Source of the DNA: Chiloscyllium plagiosum
Taxonomy: Eukaryota
NCBI RefSeq assembly: GCF_004010195.1
Contig: NC_057751.1
Span: 18,561,098 to 18,595,214 of the forward strand
DNA length: 34,117 nt
Reading direction: 5' to 3'
Numbering within the stretch: position 1 is the first letter of the stretch; each line of letters starts with the position of its first letter. This document shows positions 1 to 9,455 of the stretch, in pieces. The notes beneath the pieces were generated by a model, which was given only the letters and a program-made list of their open reading frames with translations, ran no database searches and was not told the origin of the DNA. The position numbers were made by a program, and so were the translations under genes.

Positions 1-166
1 CACATCTTTGGACTGTGGGAGGAAACCGGAGCACCCGGAGGAAACCCACGCAGACACGGGGAGAACGTGCAAACTCCACACAGTCAGTCGCCTGAGGCGG
101 GAATTGAACCCAGGTCTCTGGCGCTGCGAGGCCGCAGTGCTAACCACTGTGCCACCGTACTGCCCA
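1..166 (-). mobile_element. tRNA-derived HE1/V-SINE, 5' part (runs off window start)
   Basis: The minus strand has A box TGGCACAGTGG, B box GGTTCAATTCC and the V-domain TGTGTGGAGTTTGCACGTTCTCCCCGTGTCTGCGTGGGTTTCCTCCGG. It is nearly identical to the copy at 5705-5868. Confidence 0.9.
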
Positions 167-599
167 CCTTCAACATATCGCTCTACTGTTTAATATTCTA
201 ACTCTGTTTTAAACACCTCTTGCATACATCGCTAGATAGGCAAAGACAGAATAAACATGGATGTGATGGATGGAGGGGAAGACTGGGAAAGCAGTTGGCT
301 GGTCCCATTTCCAAGAGTTCTCTGAGATAGTCCTTGTGACTGGGGGGGGGGGACATGCTGTTCCTTGATGTTCGCTCTCTAATGACTTTCACTGGTTTCA
401 AGCAGATTCAGGGAGTCTGCCTTACACTCTGGATCCACTCACTGTTGGATCAGTGTGATGGATGTCCCCTTGAGAGTCATCGTGAAGACTCAATGATTTC
501 TCCTCAATTCACGGAAGTACATGGGTCATTATTCTAAGTTCATAAAAATTTCTGCACACATACATGCTGCAATCTGTCCAATTTGACCTATACTTTTTC

Positions 600-2820
600 C
601 TTTAAATCTGCGATAACGCATCTGCTATCACATTGTTATGATCTACAACATTTACAATATGTAAATTAAAAGTCTGTAATATAAGACTCCAATGAAACAG
701 TCTCACAGTTTTGACTTTAAATCATTCCAAGAATGTTAGAGGATTGTGATCCATGTACACATCTGGCTCCGACACATTGTTCATCACATAAACATTAAAA
801 TGTTGTAAGGCCAGTACCAAACTCAATAATCCTCTTTCAGTGGTACATTATTTTCTCTGTGAATGTCAAATTTCTTTGAAAAGTATCTAACTGGCCATTC
901 AATTCCATCATCGACTTCCTGTAGCAGTACAGCTCCAACTCTTATATCGCTAGCATCAAATGCAACTTTGAAGGGTTTTAAAAAATTTGGTGTAGCTAAA
1001 ACTGGTGCCGTGGTTAATACTACTTTTAAATTGTCAAATGCCTCCTGGCATTGTTCCCGCCACCAAAAATTTGTGTTCATTAGTAAATCTGTTAGCGGTG
1101 CCACCATGCTGCTGTAGATTGGAACACACATCCGGTAAAATCCGCTTTGCCCCAAAAATCGAAGCACCTTTTTCTTTGAGGATGGTTGTGGAAATTCCTC
1201 AATGGCTTTCATCTTCATATTCCTTGGGGTCAGCCTTCCATGACCCATGTTATGTCCCAAGAATGTCACCTCTGCCTTCGCGAATTCTGTTTTCTTTAAG
1301 TTTATTACCTGTTTTGCTTCTCGTAATCGTTCAAAAAGCTCTGCTTGTTGTACTACGCGATCTTTCCATGACTCACTAACGATCGCTACATCATCCAGCT
1401 AAACAGCACAGTTTACTTTCATCCAGCCACAACTCTGTTCATGAGACTTTGGAATGTGGCTGGTGTGTTCTTCATTCCAAAAGGCATCGCTTTGAATTGA
1501 TATAGCCCATTTGAGGTGACAAACATGGAAACTTCTTTTGCTCTTTCTAATAAAGGTACCTGCCAATTTCCATGCAGTAAGTCAAATGTTGTGATGTAAC
1601 TGGCTTGTTCAATGTTCTCGTTACAGCCCTCCAATTGTGGTATTGGGTATGAGTCCAATTTTGTTACAGCATAGATTTTCTGATAGTCCACACAAAATCA
1701 TTGAGTCCAGTCAGGTTTGCAAACTAAGACGAGCGGCTATCTTTAATCCCTCTGATTCGGGTTTGATGACATCTTTGTTCACTTGCTCCTAGACCTGTGT
1801 GGCTTTGAAAGGATTAAGTCTGAATTGGTGTTGTTTTATTGGAACAACATTCCCTTCTTTCACCTCATGCCCAACAATATTAGTCCTCCCCATTCCTGCA
1901 TACGTCCTCATACTGCTGCAACAAACTGGGCTCTTTGCTCCTGAGATAGACAGTTCACTAATCAATGCCACTCCTCAAAGACTTGCTCATTATTTAACAT
2001 ATTTTGAGACACATCAAACTCCATGACATCTGGATTTGATTCCTCTCTGTGTGGCAGTAACTAAAACCTGCTTCTCCAGTTTCCTGTCTATTACCCTAAA
2101 GTTTCAACGTCTTTTACGACATACCCAATATAGATTTTTCCTCTCCGGCATCTTTATCTACTGCTGGTACACAACTAACATATCATCTCCATGGGAAAAT
2201 GTCTGAGTTTTCAAAATTTTATTTGCCACCTGCTTCATTCTATGCTGCACCCTCTTCTGCTGCAGTTTAGTTCACTCTCTTACCTGATTTAATGTCTCCC
2301 TCACCTCAGATACATAATCCAAGTGTAAGATCTCCAATTTCGGTCCTGTAATGTTTTCTTTAAATAATTTCAAAGGACCTCGCACTTCATGTCCAAATAT
2401 TAACTCAAAGGGAGCAAACTGAGTCAATTCATTTGGGGCATCTCTAATGGCAAACAATACGAATGGGATACCTTTATCCCAATCATTTGAGTAATCCTCA
2501 GGGTCTGATGCCATCTTTCCAAAGCTCCCTGGGATTCAGGATTGTACGCACGCGATTAAAAGTGCGACATGCCTAAGCTAAGCATGATTTCATTAAACAG
2601 CCAAGCATAAGATTTGACCCTTGGTCTGGCCTAATCTCTCTGGGTAGCCCACACCACATGAAAAAAGATACTAACTCCTCTACCACCTTTTTCGCATTTA
2701 TATTCTGTAATGGAATTGCCTCCAGAAATCTGGTAGACACATCCATTATGGTTAGCAAGTACTGGTTCCAAATTTTAGTTTTCCAGAGGGGGCCTACACA
2801 TTCAATCATAACCCGCATGA
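600..2820 (-). mobile_element. Degenerate Gmr1-like Ty3/Gypsy pol fragment, domain order IN-RT-RNase H
   Basis: Read along the minus strand: integrase (LTIMDVSTRFLEAIPL, DQGSN, DWDKGIPFVLFAIRD...FELIFGHEVRGPL; 2818-2272), RT (DSYPIP, FDLLHGNWQVPL, YQFKAMPFGMKNTPATFQ; 1691-1419), connection/RNase H (FLGQSGFYR, AFDASDIRVGAVLLQ; 1269-823), ending ...NVIADALSQI* near 603. Many stops and frameshifts. Confidence 0.85.
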
Positions 2821-2821
2821 A

Positions 2822-3090
2822 AAGTTACAAGGGGGCATAGCTTTAAATTAAGGGGGGGTAGGTGTAGGACAGATGTTAGGGGTAGGTTCTTTACTCAGAG
2901 AGTCGTGAGTTCATGGAATGCCCTGCCAGTAGCAGTGGTGGACTCTCCCTCATTATGGGCATTTAAGCGGGCATTGGATAGGCATATGGAGGATAGTGGG
3001 CTAGTGTAGGTTGGGTGGCCTGGATCGGCGCAACATCGAGGGCCGAAGGGCCTGTACTGCGCTGTATTCTTCTATGTTCTATGTTCTATG
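2822..3090 (+). mobile_element. CR1 LINE 3' end fragment
   Basis: ORF2 C-terminus (RGHSFKLRGG...RFFTQRVV..WNALP), 3' UTR GGGCCGAAGGGCCTGTACTGCGCTGTA and (TTCTATG)3 tail. Same subfamily as 33827-34117. Confidence 0.9.
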
Positions 3091-3850
3091 GAAGGTTGAC
3101 CCTACGGAACGCAAAGACGAAGGCCATCGAGGAATTTCCATTTCCATGACCAAGCACTAAAAAAAAGGTGCTTCAGACTCAGCGGATTCTATTGGAAATT
3201 TGTTCCAAACTTCAGAAGTGTAGTGGCAACATTAACCAATTTGCTTAAGAACAACATAAAGTTTCGGTGGTGAGAGCCATGCGACCATTAGAAATCTATA
3301 TTAAACATCAAACCAGATTTAGCAACACCAAACATTTCAAAACCTTTTAAATGCTAGTGACATTGGTGTTGGAGTAGTACTGCTCAGGAAAATGAGAACG
3401 GGATTGAACTTGGTTACTTTTCGAAGAAGATCAACATCCACCAGAGGGAATATTCTACAATCGAAAATGAAATTTTGAGTACGGTACAGGTCTTGCAATA
3501 TTTTGATGTGTATTCTGAAGTAGAGTGGTGCTGGAAAAGCACAGCAGTTCAGGCAGCATCCGAGGAGCAGGAAAATCAATGTTTCGGGCAAAAGCCCTTC
3601 ATCAGGAATACAGGCAGAGTGCCTGAAGGGTGGAGAGATATTTTGATGTGTATGTCAACAGCAATGTGCCAGAGATCATTGTGTACACCGACCACAATGC
3701 ACTTACATGTTTACAACATTTTAAAGATGAGAACATTTTACATGAGAGATTATTTCGTTGGAGTCTTATGTTACAGACTAATAATTTAAAAATCATGCAC
3801 ATTGTGATTACATTATGAATGTAATCACAGATGCGTTATTGCGGATTTAA
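3091..3850 (+). mobile_element. Second degenerate Gmr1-like Gypsy RT-connection/RNase H fragment
   Basis: GRLTLRNAKTKAIEEF is homologous to GRLTPRNMKMKAIEEF in ORF 823-1269. Also IIVYTDHNALT...RLFRWSLMLQ, ending ...ITDALLRI*. Confidence 0.8.
3514..3637 (-). mobile_element. Penelope-like terminal fragment with 16-bp TSD and minimal hammerhead motif
   Basis: Direct repeat ATATTTTGATGTGTAT at 3498-3513 and 3638-3653. The minus strand reads ATTC-CTGATGA-AGGGC-TTTT-GCCC-GAAAC. The sequence matches the termini at 19114-19260 and 20230-20320. Confidence 0.8.
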
Positions 3851-4040
3851 CTAACAGAGTTTGGATGAGATTTGCCTCTATTTAACGTTTGGTGTATATA
3901 TACAGGGGTAAATGGGAAGGCGTTAAGGTGAACTTATATTAAAGTTATCTGTATGTTCTGGTAGCATGTTTAAAAAAGTAGAGAAAAAAATGAAGCCATC
4001 TTTTCATTATGATGGCTCATTTTTTCTTAAGGGGAGGAGG

Positions 4041-4756
4041 TGTTATGAAGATGTGGGTATACTTTTAAGAGAGTTAAAAGCAGCAGAACCACCAGACAGC
4101 ACTAAGTGTTCTCAATAAGGCAGCGATGTATGTAACACTGCGTTGAACAACTCAAGTAGTTTGTTGCCTGGAGACAAAAACGAAATCGATTCCGGTCAAT
4201 CAATTTAAATTATACGACAATAAAAATACCAATTTCTAATCAAGTTTGAATTGAGTATATTGACAATCTTAAAAGCCAATGACACAACCCGATACTCTGG
4301 GTTATAATACAGAGGGAAAATTGAAGAGTTGCTAGGAGAACTGCCACAGCCCAGCATGTAAACAAATTGCTTTAAAATAGCTCTCTCTTAAAAGTATCTT
4401 TTTGATCAGTAACCTGTGACGCATAAATTCTGAGCAAAGAGAAAAGAAAACACAAGGAGATCCAAAGATAAGAATCTACAGCTGCCTGGTTTTGAGATAA
4501 GAGATGTGGTTTTCTAAATTTTAATTGGGAGTTTTATCGGACTAGTATTGTAGAAGGGAAGCTAAACGATAAGTTTGAGAAACAAATTGTAAACCGTGGT
4601 TTGTTAGTTATTCTCTGTTCTACTTTAGGAAATAAAGTGGTTAATCTTTACTTTAAATAGTCCTTGGCAACTTGATTTTTACAGATTTTCTGTATCTATC
4701 TTTCTGTATCTATCTGGTCTTAAGATAAGCAGGAAGGTTTACCCAGTGTCATAACT
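4041..4756 (+). mobile_element. 3' LTR of Gypsy-type element, preceded by a polypurine tract
   Basis: PPT AAGGGGAGGAGG (4029-4040) lies immediately before TGTTATGA. The inverted terminus TCATAAC is at 4749-4755, and AATAAA is near 4631. Confidence 0.8.
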
Positions 4757-4918
4757 ATAATAACACTATTACTGATACAAATTAAATACAGTTGTAATAG
4801 CAACCCTATACTGATGCTCATACTGGAATGTGTTTTTTAAACATTTACTGGCATGACTAATGTTCAGCCATTTTGAAGAACAGTTATTATAAACATTTTC
4901 AGAGAGTCTGGTACTTAC

Positions 4919-5083
4919 TCGTGTCTATATTGTGCAACCCTGATTTTTCCAAACCGGCAACTGTAGCTTCATTCCTGGATCTCTCAGTTTATCATTACCC
5001 GCATTCAGATACATCAGCAATCAGCACTGAGAGCCAAGGTGAGATCCTCAGCACAAGCATCTGTGATACCATTGTTATAGAGT
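4919..5083 (-). pseudogene. NLR pseudogene LRR exon (two RI-type LRR units, degenerate)
   Basis: Pyrimidine tract + CAG acceptor at 5086-5084. Reads LYNNGITDACAEDLTLALSADC/frameshift/LMYLNAGNDKLRDPGMKL...GCTI*TR. GTAAGTA donor starts at 4918. Confidence 0.8.
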
Positions 5084-5240
5084 CTGAGGATCAGATATAA
5101 AGATAAAAGAGAAACAGAAAATAAAAGCAGAAGTCAGAACAAACCCCAGTGAATAGTAATAGCACTGTGCTTGATATCAGTAATAATACGCAGTGTCAAA
5201 CATTCAGTTATTATAAAAACAGTTACAGTCAGGTACTTAG

Positions 5241-5327
5241 TGCAGTTTCTGTATCTTACAGTCTGGATTTCTCAGAGACACAGAAAGCACTTTCACTCCT
5301 GAATCTCTTAGTTCATTGTAACCCAGT
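5241..5327 (-). pseudogene. NLR pseudogene 87-bp LRR exon
   Basis: TTTGTTTAG acceptor. Open phase 2-2 exon LGYNELRDSGVKVLSVSLRNPDCKIQKL, a classic RI-type LRR. The donor is CTAAGTA instead of GTAAGTA. Confidence 0.9.
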
Positions 5328-5557
5328 CTAAACAAATTGAATGAGAAACAACATGAATCAAGCCTCCCTTCTGGCAACGTCATTTTTTGCCGTTACAGAG
5401 ATTAGAATGCACAATAATACGGAAAATACAAGTTTGGGAAATGAATGGAATAGATTTCTCCATTGTTGACAACGAAACTCACTCTGTTCGAGTATGTTTA
5501 GTGACGGACAGTAAATAGACTGCTGCCTCTAGGAAGCTCCAGTCCCATCTTTTTTTT

Positions 5558-5868
5558 TGATTAGATTAGATTACAGTGTGGAAACAGGCCCTTCGGCCCA
5601 ACAAGTCCACACCGCCCCGCCGAAGCGAAACCCACCCATACTCCTACATTTACCCCTTACCTAACACTACGGGCAATTTAGTATGGCCAATTCACCTGAC
5701 CCTGCACATCTTTGGACTGTGGGAGGAAACCGGAGCACCCGGAGGAAACCCACGCAGACACGGGGAGAACGTGCAAACTCCACACAGTCAGTCGCCTGAG
5801 TCGGGAATTGAACCCGGGTCTCAGGCGCTGTGAGGCAGCAGTGCTAACCACTGTGCCACCATATTGTG
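5558..5868 (-). mobile_element. HE1/V-SINE, near full length
   Basis: A/B boxes, V-domain, LINE-derived 3' end GGGCCGAAGGGCCTGTTTCCACACTGTAA and (TCTAA)n tail. Confidence 0.92.
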
Positions 5869-7025
5869 GCTCTGAGTCCCGCAAAAATCAAAATTGCTGC
5901 CTGTGAGCTTTCACTGTTTGTTAAATTCTGCACTCCCAGGGGGTTCTCGCATTACTCCTCATTCAACAGGCTTTATGTTATAGTAACTTTAGGTGGAGAA
6001 GTCAGATCTATTAACTATTTCCCAAACATTCTTTCCGGAGAGGTGTCTCGGATGTGAAATGGATTAAAAGAAATGCCTGGTGACACTGGCAGCACTCTTC
6101 CCATGTCCTGCCCATTGTTGGTGAAGCCTTGCCACTTACTGCTGTGTGCCTGCACTCTAGGACTAATGTCTCACAATACTTTAGCTTTAAGGGTTTAAAG
6201 TTTAAGAATGTGAGCCCTCAAGACTGTGAATAATGCTAACCATTGCAGTTAAACGAATTTCCCTTTTCCCAAACCAGAAATCTTCCTTTGACAAGACATA
6301 CTCAATTGGATTTAAGCACGTAATGATTATGAATCTAAATTCAACTTGTGTTTTCTCATTTCTAAACAAAATGACAGTTGAAAAAATTGCTTTTTTTTGT
6401 TAGCTTATACATTATACAGGTACAGCATGCTTTGTTTTACCAGACATCTTATGAGCCAGCACTCTTGCGAAACTGGGAAAAACCTTACCCCCGAAATGAC
6501 GGATGTTTACTGTATTATCACCATCTCAATGTAGTCAGTTAAGAGTCCACTCTGCGGAGAAGTTTTAAAGGCAAGTAGCATTATTATTTCAGGGGATTTA
6601 TGACATAAATAATGTGATGTGTATGCCCCTGTATTATGTTTCTTGTACTTATTGTGTGTTTTTTACATTTTGGACCAATTGATCATCTGACATACGTACT
6701 GATGAATAAAATGTTTGTTGTATTTATATTTCATTATTTAGCCTTATTAGCTGAATTACAGTAAAAATCACGCAGATCAGCCACATCGAGTGATCTCTAC
6801 TTACTGATTGAACAGAGACTGTAAAATCCCTCCTGATCCAAAAGGATCGATTTTAGATTCTCCAGTCGTGACAAAATTATGAACTGAGTCCTTACATTAT
6901 TGATATAGTGTGTTTTGAATCTCCTTCTGTCGTTTAACTGAGCAGCTTGTTCCTTTTATGTCAGAGCAACAACATAAAGCATGTCTGCTCACTGAATCAA
7001 CCACCAGTTAGAAATCAGGAATTGC

Positions 7026-7259
7026 CTCAACTTCTGGCATTTGTGCAGTACACATCATAGTCATTGCAGACCTTCGTAACCAACGAATCATCTTTCTAAA
7101 TCAAGCTATTTTACTGTCGCTCAGCCATCAATGGCCTGAGACAGGACCGCACAATCAGGGTCAGTTTCAGCTTTTTAAATGCAAGTGTTTGCATAGATTC
7201 TACTGTGGTCTGAGCCAGTGCTTTATTCTGAGACAAGATGAAAATTGTTGTTGTGTTGG
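7026..7259 (-). pseudogene. NLR pseudogene: 3' remnant of the large NACHT exon
   Basis: SQNKALAQTTVESMQTLAFKKLKLTLI/frameshift/AVLSQAIDG*ATVK*LDLER*FVGYEGLQ*L*CVLHKCQKL(R), which matches the usual end of shark NLR NACHT exons. It ends in phase 2 at a GC(AATT) donor. A strong phase-1 acceptor TTTTTCCTTGCTTTTAG ends at 7260. Confidence 0.8.
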
Positions 7260-7539
7260 CTAAAAGCAAGGAAAAAAAACAAAACACTAGGCATTGGCTA
7301 ATAGGAGAAGACATCAGTTTGATTCAAAATCTGTTGAGATTTTCACATATGCTCTTCTATGGAAATGATTGCATTTGAATTACAAAAAGAAAGAGTCTGA
7401 ACTATCTCAAAACATGAAATGCAAAGGCCAGCGAAAACACATTCCTCAAACTGGATGTTGCATGACACCAATCAGTTTATCTGAAATCATAACCTTTTGG
7501 AATGCTGCTCCTACAATGCCTTAATCTGTCTAATGACCA

Positions 7540-7645
7540 GCTCTCCAAAAGCTTGTGATTTCAAATAACCCTGTTGACTTTAACCTGATGTCGTATGACT
7601 TCTGACTTTGTTCATCCTAGTCCAATAGCAGCACATCCACATCAT
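7540..7645 (+). repeat. Degenerate fragment of the Penelope-type dispersed repeat also at 22499-23570
   Basis: AAATAACCCTGTTGACTTTAACCTGATGTCGTATGA resembles the reverse complement of CACAACACCAGGTTATAGTCCAACAGGTTT at 22508-22539. Confidence 0.55.
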
Positions 7646-8582
7646 CATTCCTCATACCAAAAGATACATATGTGTAAGCTCAGTGCATGAAGCTACATTC
7701 ATGAGATCACCACAGAATAGAGACTGATCTTTCTTTTATATTCCATAATGTGAGATTGAAACATCCTACATCAATCACGAAAAGACAAACATTGCTTCTA
7801 AATTTCTAACAATTTTTTGTTGCAAAACTGATTCATTCCAGGTACGTGTGTGTGTGCCTGTGTGAGACAGAGAGAATTAGAAAATAGTCTGTATAGAATA
7901 TTTAACATAGTTCATAATACTGAAAAAAGTGGTGGGTTTCAGTGCTCGGGGAGAGATTTCGAGAAAACGGGTTTGACAATGGAGCTGAGAGGTAGCGGAG
8001 TTGAGAGTGATTTGAAGCCAAGATCCACAATTGAGCAGCAAGTGACAGAGGGGCTGAAGTCATGAGGTCCTCAGATTAATGGTGGTGCCAGGAGTGCTAG
8101 GAGTATGTACAGTTACAACAGAACTGCAAGTGGTAGGGAAGTCTGGAGTAAGAACTGAGCTGCTGGTTCCAGGAGAGTATGAAGTGGCAGCAGAATTAGC
8201 AGCACTGGGCAATAGGTGTAATAGATGAATGTGGAGTGACAAGTACATAGGATTACTCAGCTATGGATTAAACATCAGGGGAATATGTACGGACATGGAG
8301 TAGGTCAAAGTGAAGTTTGGAATAGCGGAGGATTATCGAGTGAGAGGAGAGTGCGCAGACTCAAAAGGTAGCTCCCTTGAACTCTTATGCTTACATTCAA
8401 ATCGTTAAGCCCTTTCAAACAGACATAAAGATATACACAGATTTTCTTTGTTGGAAATGTATGGGCTAAATAAGGGAGAACTAAAAGAAAACGAATGAAA
8501 TGTAAAAGCATTAAACACAAAATGGAGAAAAAGATTTTGAGTGAAGGCTTCAGACTGAGAGGTGCGCAATTGGGAGACCTGA

Positions 8583-8897
8583 CACACCGTGGGCTCAGTG
8601 GTAAGCACTGCTACCTCTCAGCACCACGTACCCGGGTTCAATTCCTGCCTCGGGCAACTGTATGTGTGGAGTTTGCACATTCTCCCCATGTCTGCATGGG
8701 TTTCCTCCGGGTACTCCGGTTTCTTCCCACAATCCAAAAATGTGCAGGTTAGGTGGATTGGCTATGCTAAATTGCCCATAGTTACAGGGTTAATGTAGGG
8801 GAATGGGTCTGGGTGGGTTACTCTTCGGAGGGTCGGTGTGGACTTGTTGGGCTAAAGAGCCTATTTCCACACTGTAGGTAATCTAAACTAATCAAAA
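8583..8897 (+). mobile_element. HE1/V-SINE
   Basis: GGGCTCAGTGG A box, GGTTCAATTCC B box, V-domain, and 3' end GCCTATTTCCACACTGTAGGTAATCTAA. Confidence 0.9.
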
Positions 8898-9094
8898 TCA
8901 GAACAGATATCTCATGCTAGTTCAATGAGACAATCTTGAGCTGATCTGGATTTAAACATGTTCCACTGACTGAACGAAATAGAAATAGAATTGTGTGCTT
9001 TAGCACTCCCTTTGTTTTAAATCATTCATGCAACATAGGCCAACAGGAGAAGACATCAGTTCGATTGAAAACCAGTTGACCAGGGATTCTACTT

Positions 9095-9424
9095 CCTTAG
9101 TACATTCGCCTTCTTGACCACTCTATCCACCTGTGCAGCAACCTTCAGGGTACAATGGACCTGCACTCCCGGATCTCTCTGCCCATCAACTTTTCTCAAG
9201 GCTCTTCCATTTACTGTATAATTCGCTTTAGAAATGCATTAGCTCACATTTGCCTTGATTGAATGCCATTTGCGCCACTTCTCCGCCCAACTCTCCAGTC
9301 TATCTATATTCTCCTGTATTCTTTAACAGTCCCCTATGCTTTCTGCTACTCCACCAATCTTAGTGTCAACTGCAGACTTGCTGATCATACCAACAGTGCC
9401 CTCTTCCACATCATTATATACATC

Positions 9425-9455
<31 letters not shown>

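Noticed and set aside
1..166. tRNA-like sequence with A and B boxes (also 5790-5868 and 8583-8650)
   Set aside because: It continues into the V-domain and LINE-derived tail, so it is a SINE head and not a tRNA gene.
198..560. Possible further NLR exon (GTGAGT/GTAAGG on the minus strand near 420-445)
   Set aside because: No LRR-like translation found in any frame.
7920..8370. Purine-rich stretch with short ORFs
   Set aside because: No recognisable domain. It is probably an old LINE remnant, but I cannot support a family call.
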